A stretch of 62,916 nucleotides of DNA, the filler included, from Saprolegnia diclina VS20 (Eukaryota): the NCBI RefSeq assembly GCF_000281045.1. It is 6 parts of 3 records of this genome, joined end to end, with 100 filler letters (N's around TTAATTAATTAA, not from the genome) between each part and the next. Parts side by side here need not be neighbours in the genome. Positions count along the whole stretch, not along the records: positions 1 to 12,740 come from NW_008246107.1; 5 more parts are not named here. The stretch is one strand, 5' to 3'. Position 1 is the stretch's first letter, and every line of letters starts with the position of its first letter. The position numbers were made by a program, and so were the translations under genes. Below are positions 1 through 11,855 of this stretch, piece after piece. The notes under the pieces are model-generated. The model was given only the letters and a program-made list of their open reading frames with translations, was not told the origin of the DNA and did no database searches.

Positions 1-764
1 AGAATACTATGATGAGAAACTTCATGCGCGTCGTTTGAATCTTCGGATTATGATACGATACACATATTCCATTCTTTAACTGAGTATTTTCGCTGCATTT
101 GCGACCCGAGCGTGTTGATGATACATTTTCCCTTAAACATTCGCAGTGTTCTGCTGACAGCAACGGGTTGCCACCCGTCTCGCTGAGAGAGGCTCTCATT
201 TCCTTGGATGTCTGAACGCTCAACAACGTCGTCAAACTAGTCGAGTTATTCGCACCAGATCGTCAAATCTATCAACATATCTATAACAAGTCGTTCAATC
301 TTACCTCAAAACTACACTTTTCCTCATCGTCATCATCGCAGCTGGTAGTGATTGGCAACGAGACAGGTTCCATTGACGCGATCGAGCTCAAAAGCGCTCG
401 AACGAGGTTGACCCCTCCAGATAAAACTTGTTGGCGAAAAATGGCAAGTCCGTTCGTCTGCGGCGTCCTGGAGTGGCTCAAAGCGTCGTGGCAGAGAACG
501 TGCAACCCTTTGGTCGCAACCTTCTCGATCTTGCAGGCGCCAATTTCTCGACGTGGTACTGCAGTAGCTGCGGAAGGTTGCTGGGATTTTTCGCGCCTTC
601 AAGCGCATCGTCCGCAGAGTCATCTGGCGCCAAGTAGCCACCGCACGGAACACACGACCTGCGACGCCTGCTGGGTTCTCGCCAATCGGCGTCGGCCGTC
701 GTGCGTGACCTTTACCTGCCGACTGGCTCACACTCGCACTTTGCCGTTGCGAAGAAGGACAAGT

Positions 765-1649
765 ATGTTTGCGCACCGCGTGCGCCTGCCAGGGCGCCTC
801 TCGATGATCGCGGCGGCACCGCGTCCCCGCAGCGCGTCGCTCGAGGCAGCCCCACGCGAAATACCAGCACTGCGTCCGACGAGCTCCACCGAGGGTTTCT
901 CGCGGCTGCCGTCGCTGGACGAGGACGAAGACTTGCAGATCCAGTACCTCGACGACAACGACGACGACGACGAGATTCCCTACGTCGACCGGTTGTCGGT
1001 ACGCTTCTTGGCCGCGACTGCAAGCAGCGAAACTATTGCATTAGGCGTCGACGACAGTGCTGTCCTGGGACGACATGGCGGACGCGACCGACGTTGAGAT
1101 TGTACGCGCCCGGGACACGTACTCGCCACTCTCTCGGCTCTCGGATATTTATAAGCTGCAGCACCTCTTGCTCTTGCAGAACGCGCAGGCACGCAGCCAG
1201 CGCAGCTACTCGTGCAACGACCTCCACGACACGGTAGATACCGTAGAGGTGCAGTGGTCATTGACATGTCCTGGTAGATTCGCAAGGTCGCGACCGAGTT
1301 TGTCGCCGCGTGGCGCCAGCGCGCGCGCAGTTCGGCGGTCGCGTCGTTTGAGTTTCAGCTCCTCGAGTGGGCCCAAGTGATCTTTAGCTACGAAGGGCAA
1401 ATCTACGACGACCGGTGTCTGCGCACGATGGACCAGCGCGGCATGGAGAAGGAGTTACTGCATGTGCGCAAGAAGGTCGAGGCGATTCACGCCAAGCTAA
1501 TGCTCGTCCACGTCTCGGACCGTGCGACCAAGCACCAAGCGACGACGTCGTCGACGCACCTCCTCGACCGCATCCAGAAAATTTTGCGCGACGTTGCCGG
1601 CACGCACCACTTTCACCGGTCCGGCAAAGTCGATTACATGCAGTTGTAA
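765..1649 (+). CDS. Hypothetical protein, 3 exons
   Basis: ATG at 765 follows an INR/FPR-like motif (GCTCACACTCGCACTTTG). Two short GT-AG introns (about 999-1043 and 1234-1277) join three ORF-track frames into one protein ending YMQL*. No family recognised. Confidence 0.6.
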
Positions 1650-1681
1650 TATCGATCAATACCACCAGTGAATTATACCGA

Positions 1682-3275
1682 CTAGCGCGAGGGAGGTGGC
1701 CCGCTCGAGATGCTGCCAGGGCCAACGCGCGGTGGTAGACGCTGGAATCGGTTCATTTGAGGTCACAGACACATGCATAGAAGGTGATACCTCGAGCTTT
1801 CTGTTGGATTTGTCGAGCACGTGCTGCTTGCGGTACTCGTGAGCGTGTTTGATACGCGCCGCTCGACGCAAGTGCTCGTCCAGATCCAAGTTGTGCAGCT
1901 ACAAGGCATTAAGAGCGACCATGGAAGATGATTGAAACGTACTTCTTTGACGAGCCGAGCTTCTTCCTTCATGTTGGGTTTTAGCTGCACCGGCGTCTAC
2001 ACTCCACGTTAGTTTTACCGAATGGTCCTTGTTGGGTGCCAACATGATTGCGAAAGTTGTCGAGGATCTACTCGCGCTGTCAAGCGGCTGTATCAATCAT
2101 TGATGGTAGCAGGCAGTACCATTTTTCGCCGGGTCTTTTGCTCGGCGACTGCATCGTAGCTCTTGAGCTTAACTTCTTTTTCAAACTCCTTTTGCTTGAA
2201 TGCGAGCTCGGCCGCCTGCTCATGGTTCGCGCAGCCGTCTGTATCAAAGCACATCTTACCTCTCGCGCCGTGACGCGGCGATCCGATGCCTTGTGGATGC
2301 TGGCTTGCGTCTCTTTCCATCGCTCGGCATTCTCGAGGAGCTTGGCGTGCTTCATTATGTCCATGCGCTGAAGCTCTTCCCGGTTTTTGGCGTGGTCGTA
2401 TACGCGCGGTGGCTGCACCTCGTCCTACGACGTTTTTGTGACGTTGGACGACAACGGCGATAAATAGCGAACCACCGGTCGCGTCCGGGGCTTCTTGCGC
2501 TTGGCCTGCACGCCACGTTGAGTATATCTATCGAGACGGGAAAGAGCTGTACCTGGACCACGGGTGGTAATGGGTCGACTTGACCGTGTTGAAGCTTGGC
2601 GGCAATGAGCTGCTGCGTTTGCAAGATGATGGCGATGCACAGTTGACACTCGTGGCGGTAGGCATCATAGCGAGCCTTGAGCACCAAGTCGGGCACAGCC
2701 TCGGCACTAGACATTAGATTAGAAAAGGGAAAGATTAGCGAGCGATACCTGTCGGGCTGGCGCTTGAAGGATTGGAGCGACCGGTGTGGAATCGCGCTGC
2801 TGTCAATGCCGAGGTAGTGGCACGATTGGACGACCAGCGGCGTCTTGAAAAACGCTGCGTACTCCTTGGGATGATCCAAGTAGTACTCGGCAGCGTTCAA
2901 GTAGTGCTCTTTGGGGTCCATGCTTGTGAGGAGGGACGTGATTTGATCGTCGATCTCTCGGTCCGAAAGCTGCTCGAGGGCGTTGGGCTGGACGCGCTCG
3001 TCGACTTCGCGGTGCCAATCGTCGAGCGTACATAAATCGGGCTGCAAGAAAAGGGTATCCTCGAGCTCCACGCCGTGCTGTGCAAACTGAAGCACAATGC
3101 CCGAGTCAAAGATAATAGACTCGACGGCCGATTTGTCAAACGTCACGGGGACCTCGGCGAGCGCGGGGTCGTCCATACCCACATCGTAGTCGTCGTCACC
3201 GTTGGCCACACTGGGTAAAGCAAACAACGGTGCAGCAGACTTGACCAGCGACGACGATAGAGCAAGCGGGTGCAT
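1682..3275 (-). CDS. Hypothetical multi-exon protein with C-terminal coiled coil
   Basis: Long first exon (ORF 2355..3275) followed by charged helical exon fragments (2080..2418, 1763..1990, 1656..1889) separated by short GT-AG introns. The 3' end is approximate. Confidence 0.55.
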
Positions 3276-3336
3276 TTCAAATGTTACGGCGGCAGTCCCG
3301 GCACGACTAAGTTTAGAAGGCCATCACCGAAGAGGA

Positions 3337-5002
3337 TCAATTGTTGAAACGTCTCTTGCTGGAGCGCGTGAGCATGCCCCCGGCATTGCTTGGCGGAGGT
3401 GCGAACGACGAGTTGCCGCGAAAGGACGAGCTTGGGCGTGCCATCGCGTCTAGCGCCATATCGTATAAGACGAAAAGGAGACCGAGACAACGCCCTACTG
3501 GAAGCGTAGCGAGATGAGGTCGACTCGTTTTGCATGGCAAATGCTGGATGCTGCGTGGTTGCGGGCTGATCGAACGTGTGCTGGCGAAGCGACGACGACT
3601 GCATTGACGAGATGCTCTTGGCAAACTTGGGCGACGGCGCAACGTTTAGGGGCATTCGGCCCGAAGGTTGTGCCGTCATGACACGCTGTCCGTTGCCTTC
3701 TTGTTGCGCCTTCATACCCTTGATCTAAAGCGACATTCGTCATCAACCTACCATCAACTCGTTTGTAGACAGTACCACTTTCTCGTAGTTGCGGCACACG
3801 CGCGCCTTGTCCTTGTACGACTAGTTGGAAGAAAAAGGCTTAGGGCTGGGCACATAAGACGCATTGTGCCTCGCGCGTTTCTTCGATGGTGTTGTTGAGC
3901 ACGACCATCTTGTTCTTGAGCTCGCCGATCTCTTCCTCGAGTTTCTCCGTGTAGCTCTTCATCTGCAAGTAGCGCTGTCCGTGCTGTTGCTGGTACTCCT
4001 TGTGCTCGTCGACTAGGATCACAGTCAACTCCTGGCGCGTGCTACACTTGATGCCAGACTCAATTCGTTGTGGATGCGTTCCTTGCCCGTCGTTAGAGCC
4101 TCACCATGAGAGACTTTGGTACACGTACTTGTCTACAATTCATAGCAATATAGCCGCCGTGGAAGAAGAAATGCTGCATAGCAACCGTACCGGTAGTTTT
4201 CTTGGGCTTGCTGGAACTAATGTCGCGAGCATGAACATTGCCCACACACTTTGACGGAATACCATGAGGAAGCGCATCGCTTCTTGGATTTGCGCTATAC
4301 AACAGCATCGTTCGTTCAATCCACGGTCGGGTCGGGAAAGAGCGCGCACCCATGCAGGATACGGGGTCGGCAAGCATCTCTTCCCAGATGATCTTGCAGC
4401 ATTTCATGCATCAAGTCAATGAACGCGGGATCAATGCACTCGCAACACCTCGAGACGCTACAAAGCACCATACATCGTTGCAACCATGATGCATTCGTGG
4501 AGATCGTACGCGCGGTCCCGTCGCGCTCTTCACGGTGCTGTGCGTGTCATCATCGTCCATCAAGCACCATGGGGAACATTGGCGTCGTACATTTCGCACA
4601 CGCTTCCCTGTCTGTACAGTTCATTCGTCATCATGCTGTAGTTCGAGGAGGAAGAGGTCGAGGTACCTCTGGCTGAGGTCTACGGGCCATCGTTGCATGA
4701 GGACGAGGTCGGCCATGGGATGCAGGGTGTACCTTCCCCACAAGCGGGGCAGATGAGGTTGCCATCGCGGAAATGCTTCATCGCATCGCGCTCCTACGTT
4801 GTGCTTCTTGGGCGCATGTTCCTGCCGATGGTCGTCCACGTACGCAGAAGATGTGGCTGCAGCAGGTCCGGTAGCATGCTTGGGGTCCATTCGCTCCGCA
4901 GAGGACCTCCCAGCATGCATTGCAGCGCAGCTTGAACACATGCATGTCCCTCGGCGCTTCCGCGGGCGCATGTCCATCGACGTCATGCCGGGTCTTCTCC
5001 AT
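3337..5002 (-). CDS. HEI10: HEI10/CCNB1IP1-like meiotic RING E3 ligase, multi-exon
   Basis: Spliced N-terminus LRCNACWEVL...TCCSHIFC-ERDAMKHFRDGNLICPACG matches the HEI10 RING (plant MRCNACW...CGHLLCTEDA...CPIC; human CSHIFC...CPAC). It is followed by a coiled coil (3840..4028, then SYKDKARVCRNYEK) and an S/P-rich tail ending KRRFNN* at 3337. Confidence 0.8.
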
Positions 5003-5494
5003 GCTTCCTCGGCGCGTCGGCTACGTCCTCCGTCGGTCGACCGCGCTGATTCTCGAATGGCGCGATCTTGTTCCGGATAACATACAACGGCATTTGGTTG
5101 GCTTAAAAATACTATTTTTATCCAATCCGTGATAAGAACAAAAACACCCAACTTTGTGGTATGCAATGCCGCAGTGACGGCGCTTGTTATCGCCAAGCGG
5201 ACGTGGATAGCGCGTCTCTTGCCCCTCGTACCAATAAGCAGCTGAGGGAGTATCGAGCCATTGTCTGCGTACCGTACGTATCCCATGCCGTCAGCTCAAA
5301 CCGTCGCATCACTGGCGCATGATATACGTACACCGGTGTACACATATATAGCATATTTGTATGCTTGAATATAAGCGACCCACCACAGTACTCGACAGCA
5401 ACGGGGCACGCCGGGTTGCCTATCACCCAAAGAAAGGCCGACGAGGTGCCCAGCTGCCAGTTTGCCATTGGATACTGAGATCAACACCGCCGTC

Positions 5495-6343
5495 ATGATG
5501 CGAAGTCTGTGTCTGGTTGTCGCCGCTCTTGCCGCCAGCGTGGCCGCCACGCAGCCTCCGCCGGTCCTCCCCAACGAGCTCTCGACTGTCATTAGCTCCT
5601 TCAAGCCGATCATTTCGAGCATGGCCGACACGGCGCTGCCTGCGACGCTCGGCAACTGCGTGAATGGCAACCCGCCAGCGCCATGCCAAGAGATTGGCAA
5701 CCTCTTCGCCGTCAAGACGAGCTACTACAACGTGACGGCGCGCTGGGTCTCGGGCCTCAACACGATCCAAGTCAACCAGCTCAATCTGAGCGTCGGTGAG
5801 AACGGCTCGATGCATCTCGACGCGTCAGTCTCGTTCGCAAAGCTGCCCGTGAGCCTCCTCGTCGACGGCTGCATTCCCGAGTTTGGCTGCAAGACGTTCA
5901 TTGACAACTCCAACACGTGCTGCGGCGGCCCGATCACGGTCAAGCTCGGCATTGACGCCAACTGCTCCGAGACGTACCCGTACATCCAAAACATGTCGGT
6001 CTCGTCGGCGTCGATCTTGCCATCGCTCAACATTATGATGACGCTGCTCGGCCGCCAGTTCAAGATCTTTGATGCGACGCGGCTGGCGCAAAACGGCATC
6101 ATCAACGGCGTCACGCAGGTGCTCCAGGATCCCGCGACGTCTGGCCCGATCAACAAGCAGATCAAAAACTTGTACGGCGGCCAGATCTTTTGCACCAAAG
6201 CGTCGCAAGAAGCGTACTTGCTTGCGCTGGAAGAAGCCAAGACCAAGGCGTCGACCGGCGCCAAGCCCAGCGCTGCGTCGGCACCGAGCATGGCGTTTGG
6301 CGCCGTGACGCTCGCTATGGCCGCCATGGCAGCCTCCGTATAA
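5495..6343 (+). CDS. Secreted Cys-containing protein, probably GPI-anchored
   Basis: Single exon. Signal peptide MMRSLCLVVAALAASVAA, several Cys, and a C-terminal small-residue spacer plus hydrophobic tail (SAASAPSMAFGAVTLAMAAMAASV). Confidence 0.8.
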   Translation: MMRSLCLVVAALAASVAATQPPPVLPNELSTVISSFKPIISSMADTALPATLGNCVNGNPPAPCQEIGNLFAVKTSYYNVTARWVSGLNTIQVNQLNLSVGENGSMHLDASVSFAKLPVSLLVDGCIPEFGCKTFIDNSNTCCGGPITVKLGIDANCSETYPYIQNMSVSSASILPSLNIMMTLLGRQFKIFDATRLAQNGIINGVTQVLQDPATSGPINKQIKNLYGGQIFCTKASQEAYLLALEEAKTKASTGAKPSAASAPSMAFGAVTLAMAAMAASV

Positions 6344-6633
6344 TTGTTCGGGTCGCCCTCGGCAAAAGACCGTAATGAAAACTATGTGTGGTGCTTTGCT
6401 TGCTCGCATGGTTCGCTTCGATGTATTTCGGTGGTCGACGCATGGCCTTCGCATGGACCAACCGGCGGCGCCGTCGGCGCGTGGACTGGATGCTAGTGCT
6501 AACGACAGCACGGTACACGCGTCGTGGGCAAAGCGCCATTGTGACGTTGCGCAATATGAGAGCTGGGCCATGGCCGAATCCTCCCGAAATCGATCGACGC
6601 ACTTTTATATGAAATGCCAGAGGTTTTCATGGG

Positions 6634-6650
6634 TCAGTTTGCACTTTCCG
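6634..6650 (+). promoter_or_regulatory. Oomycete INR-FPR core promoter-like motif
   Basis: TCAGTTTGCACTTTCCG immediately before the PITH-gene ATG resembles the oomycete initiator plus flanking promoter region consensus. Confidence 0.45.
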
Positions 6651-7473
6651 ATGAGCTGCGCCCACGAGCACCACGACCACTCGCATGACCATGATCATGA
6701 CCACGAAGTCGAAGACGCAGAGGGTGAATCGCTCTTCCAATACATTGACACGAGCAAGGTGCGGTGCTTGAACGCGCTCGACGAGCGCCAGAAGACGCAC
6801 CCGTTCAAGAGCGCGGCCGACAAGCGCTCGCGCGCTACGTACCTCGACTCGAACGAGGACGATCCGGAGCTCATTCTGTACATTCCGTACGTCCACGTCG
6901 TTTATATTGAGAGCATCCACGGAGGCGGCGTAGGTTCACCGAGGCCGTAAGCGTCAAGTCGATCTGCATTGCGGGCGGCGCGGACGGGCTCCACCCCACG
7001 TCCGTCAAGCTGTACGACGTCTCTTCCAACTCGTTTGCGCATTTTGACGTATCTTTTTAGCTTTGTGAACCGCGAAGACATTGACTTTACCAATGCGACC
7101 GAGCTTCCCGCAACGCAAAAGCTCGAGCTTGTCGAAGACTACGACGCTAACATCGACTATCCGCTGAGGTACAACAAGCTCATCGAACGCTGGTCATCGC
7201 CCATTCGTCATGACTAGCTTGCGCAAGTTTCAAGGGATCAGCAGCTTGAGCCTCTTCTTTGAAAACAGCGTCGACGGCGACCAAACGCGCGTGTACTACA
7301 TTGGCCTCAAGGGCGAGTCCAAAAAGGTAGAATGCGACTTTGCACTTTGATTCCGAGACGAGTCGCCCTCCTAGTGGAAGCACGGCGTCGTCGAGTGCGT
7401 GTACGAGAGTCGTCCGCAGCTCAGCGACCACAAGGTACCGGACGCCACGGGGTCGCTCGCGTTTCAGAAATGA
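6651..7473 (+). CDS. PITHD1: PITH domain-containing protein 1
   Basis: Motifs SLFQYID...[39 protein letters not shown] and VYESRPQ..DHK across 5 exons with short introns. Confidence 0.9.
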
Positions 7474-7538
7474 AATATATACGTTGAGTTTCATTTTGAA
7501 ACTCGTCTTTTCTTCTTCTATATAGGGGCAGTGCAAAA

Positions 7539-8325
7539 TTACTTGACTTTGGCCGCGTTGGCTTCGGGCATGCGCTCGATCGCATACTTGCGGTTGGCGA
7601 TGTACATGATCGGGACACCGGGCACCTTGCGGATGCGGCGCTTGAGTTCGCGATCGCACGTCGCGACAATGTAACAGCGCGACTACAGGTACCAAAATGA
7701 GGCGACACTCAAGCGAGACGGATGCGTCTACCTGCTGGATGCGCTGCATAAGGCAGTCATCGGCGTAGTTGCCCTTGTGCGTGCACGGAAGGCGCTCAAA
7801 GCGCGGGTCTTTGGCCAACCTAATTCGGTACATGAGCTGCCGACAACACATGAATGGCCGGTTGTTCGTACCGCAGGGCGACGCGGTACTTGTGACCGAG
7901 CTTCTCGAGTTCGGCCATGACGCAGTCCGTAATGCAAGGAATGCACTTGGCGAGGAGGCAGTCCATCATCGACGAGACGAGCTCGAGCTTGTTCTTGATG
8001 GAAAAGTTGATAAAGTTGGTATCAACGAGGATGTTGTACGGCGGGCCAAGGTCGGCGTTGTACTTGAAGAACATGTTGGACGGGATCTGGTCACTATGGA
8101 GCTTGGCCATGAGCGGCTATCGGCAGCGGCGATCGACGTACATTTGACGCGGCGCATCGCGCTCCTTGGCCTTGAGCGCCTTCTTCTCGACGTCCTTCTG
8201 GACCGACTTACTACGCAGCATGAGCATGGACATGGCAGGTAGAGGAGCACCTACAGGCGCGTGTCCTTGGGGCTGATCATGCGCTTGACAGCGGCGAACT
8301 TGCGCGTCTTCTTGTCCTTGCCCAT
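7539..8325 (-). CDS. FCF1: rRNA-processing PIN nuclease FCF1/UTP24
   Basis: [94 protein letters not shown]. Multi-exon. Confidence 0.95.
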
Positions 8326-8975
8326 GCTGCTGTGTTTTTGAAGGTGGAGACCAACAGTAATATCCTGAGCGCCTCCACCAACCAGTGCGCAGGATTTTCC
8401 CGATGTATTTTAATAAATAAAACTGGAGATTTGTATGTAAAGGAATTAAATGAATCGGCAGCGCGTTGGGCCGACCGGAGTTAAACGCGTTTAAATGCCA
8501 GCGCAGGCGTTGCGGAGGAGCCATGGTGACTAGCCAAGAGCGAAAAATGCGCTCGCTTGTGGTGACGTGCACGTAGGTACGCGTAATAGCGAGCGATGTG
8601 ATACAGTAAACTTGCGAAGTCTACCCTTTACGCGTCGGTTTAAACTAGGGGCTAGTTGAACGAGCAGGATATTGGGTTCTTGAGCACAACTGCGCTCTAG
8701 TGTAGCTGTGTCTACGACTATGCTAATACGGCTAGTATACTGCCAGTTTTAGACGGATAGCAGACCTAGCGTGGTCTTCATCTCATCGGACACCGGTACG
8801 CAGCGAGCGATGGATGAGATCGCGGCAATCGATGTGGGGTTTGACCTACTATACCGCATGCGTTTTATTGAATGCGTTAAGAGCAGCATTTCAAGCTAAC
8901 TTATAAATATTGCAATATATAATTTGTAGGAGGATATTCAAAACTACAATATTTCAGCCCCAATCGCAGGTTCCG

Positions 8976-10070
8976 ATGAAGCGCCATGGCCATGGCGACG
9001 ACCGCGGAGGTGCGAAGAAGGCCAAGTCCGTGCAGTTCAATGCAAAGCCATCGGTCAAGTACATTGAAGATGACGAGGAAGAGACCAAGGAGTCGGATCG
9101 CCATGGCGACGACGACGAGGATGACGACGAAGTCGACCCTGACCACGTCGCGTACGAGAGCGAGGACAGCGACGCCGAGGACGGCAAGAAGGCTCGTCCG
9201 CCGCCGATCCAGCACAAGATCCAGGAAGGCGAAGAAGAGTCGACGACGCGCCATGACGCGTACGAAGACGACGGCGTGCGCATGATGCCCTTCAACCTCA
9301 AGGAAGACCGCGAGGACGGGCATTTCGACGACAGCGGCAACTTTGTGTGGGCCAAAGGCGACAAGGCCGTCCAAGAAGACGCATGGCTCGACGGCGTCTC
9401 GGCGCAGGACATGGAGATCGCCGAGATGGCGCGTCTCCAGCGCCAAGAGGCGGCCGACGACGAAGCCGAGACGTGGACCGAGCGCCGGGCCAAGAGCGTC
9501 TTCATGGAGGTGCTCAACGAAGGCGAGACTGTCCTCGCCGCGCTTCGACGACTCGGCAAGAAGCCCAAGCCCAAAACCGCCAAGCAAAAGAAGACCTTTG
9601 TCGACGCCCAGACGCCCGACATGAAGCGCGAGTTCAACCAGCTCACGGACGCGGCCGACTACATGATGCGCCAAGGCCACACGGAGATCTACCACAAGCC
9701 CAAGGAAGACATTGTCGACAAGCCGGCGCCCAAGCCGATTGTGTACTGGGAGTACCGGGCGCCGGACGGGCAGATCCAGGGGCCGTACCCCACTGCGACG
9801 ATTCTCGCGTGGCGTGCGCAGGTAGAGAGAGATGCATCATGCGGCTGCTTGCCTTCTATTCTTCATACGGGCGGATAGGGCTACTTTCAAGGCGACTCGG
9901 CGGTGCAGATGCGACAGTGCCAGGCCACGCCAGCAGGTCCGGCACCACTCGCAGCCTCGGCAGCCCAGGATCTCATGGACGACTTTGACGACGACGACGA
10001 GGAAGAGTCCAAGACGTCGGAGGACGGGTGGCAGTCGAGTGATGCAATCCCCTTCCGGCAATTTGTATAA
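8976..10070 (+). CDS. CD2BP2: CD2BP2/LIN1 (U5 snRNP 52K) GYF-domain protein
   Basis: PFNLKEDREDGHFD, DAWLD, GETVLAALRRLG and a GYF domain WEYRAPDGQIQGPYPTATILAWRAQ-GYF split by one intron. Confidence 0.88.
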
Positions 10071-10119
10071 CGCATCAGATCTTATTGCATATTGGATTCT
10101 CTCGGAAGGAAGATGCATA

Positions 10120-10995
10120 CTAGTCCGACTTGGAATGCCCCCAGGACGACGCTGCGTCTGTCGGACCGCGATGGACCACGGCCGCGTCGTCTTCGGTCGC
10201 TGACGTCTTGCGTCGGTGCATCGTATCGTGCTCATCGTTGGCCAGTCGTCGGCGATCGTCGTCGTCTTCTTCGTCGCTCATCGACATGAGGCGGCGGCGA
10301 CTAGACAGAGATAGGTTGCACGGGGCATGAAGAGGACGAGGCCATACCTTCCGGGGTCGGCATGCGCCGCCGAGTCGTTCCGGGTCTGGAAGCGCGAGTA
10401 CATGGCGTACATCTTGTTGCGCATTGCTAGCCCAACGTGGTGCGGTTAGCTTCTGCTGACATCGATGGCATGGCTGTACCAACGCTCATGGTCGAGAGCT
10501 TGCCAGAGACTGCAGTCAGCGTCTCGTTGGCGACCTCCATGGCCGACTTTTCGTTCGAGAGGCGGCGCGTGGGCGAGGCCCGTGCGTGGTGCGGCGGCGT
10601 TCCTATGTATCGCCAAGATGAGCGCAGGCGACGGCGCGGCAGCGAGTACCCAAGTAGGCGCTGAACTCCCTGTCGGCCATGAGCTCGTTGCGGAAAAAGT
10701 CTTCGTTCTGGAGCATCTCAGCCATCATGCGATCCTGCGCCTCCTGCTCCATCGCCGATGTGTAGCCTGGCAGGCGCAAGAAGTCGTCGGGCAGCGCGAC
10801 GCGGGCGCGGGCGGCGGATAGCGGCTCGACCGGCGCCGGCTCGCCGTTCATATCGGCTTGCATCCCGAGGAGCGTGTCGATGGTGCTCTCGAGCTGGCCG
10901 CGGTTCATCTCGAGCACGCATGAGATCGTCTCGCGGTCGAACGTGTCGAACATGGCGCAGAGCGTCCCCATCGCCTCGTCGTACGTCACGGCCAT
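10120..10995 (-). CDS. CUE domain (ubiquitin-binding) protein
   Basis: N-terminus EAMGTLCAMFDTFDRETISCVLEMNRGQLESTIDTLLGM fits the CUE pattern (MF...LL), followed by LPDDFLRL and QD..MAEMLQNE. Multi-exon. Confidence 0.75.
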
Positions 10996-11855
10996 CCTGA
11001 TCCTGCTGCNNNNNNNNNNNNNNNNNNNNNNNNNNNNNNNNNNNNNNNNNNNNNNNNNNNNNNNNNNNNNNNNNNNNNNNNNNNNNNNNNNNNNNNNNNN
11101 NNNNNNNNNNNNNNNNNNNNNNNNNNNNNNNNNNNNNNNNNNNNNNNNNNNNNNNNNNNNNNNNNNNNNNNNNNNNNNNNNNNNNNNNNNNNNNNNNNNN
11201 NNNNNNNNNNNNNNNNNNNNNNNNNNNNNNNNNNNNNNNNNNNNNNNNNNNNNNNNNNNNNNNNNNNNNNNNNNNNNNNNNNNNNNNNNNNNNNNNNNNN
11301 NNNNNNNNNNNNNNNNNNNNNNNNNNNNNNNNNNNNNNNNNNNNNNNNNNNNNNNNNNNNNNNNNNNNNNNNNNNNNNNNNNNNNNNNNNNNNNNNNNNN
11401 NNNNNNNNNNNNNNNNNNNNNNNNNNNNNNNNNNNNNNNNNNNNNNNNNNNNNNNNNNNNNNNNNNNNNNNNNNNNNNNNNNNNNNNNNNNNNNNNNNNN
11501 NNNNNNNNNNNNNNNNNNNNNNNNNNNNNNNNNNNNNNNNNNNNNNNNNNNNNNNNNNNNNNNNNNNNNNNNNNNNNNNNNNNNNNNNNNNNNNNNNNNN
11601 NNNNNNNNNNNNNNNNNNNNNNNNNNNNNNNNNNNNNNNNNNNNNNNNNNNNNNNNNNNNNNNNNNNNNNNNNNNNNNNNNNNNNNNNNNNNNNNNNNNN
11701 NNNNNNNNNNNNNNNNNNNNNNNNNNNNNNNNNNNNNNNNNNNNNNNNNNNNNNNNNNNNNNNNNNNNNNNNNNNNNNNNNNNNNNNNNNNNNNNNNNNN
11801 NNNNNNNNNNNNNNNNNNNNNNNNNNNNNNNNNNNNNNNNNNNNNNNNNNNNNNN

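Noticed and set aside
6651..6710. His/Asp-rich N-terminus as a novel metal-binding module
   Set aside because: His-rich N-termini are usual for PITHD1 orthologs.
8901..9695. Long antisense and alternate-frame ORFs over real genes (here and throughout)
   Set aside because: Expected shadow ORFs from high GC3 codon bias; no motifs.
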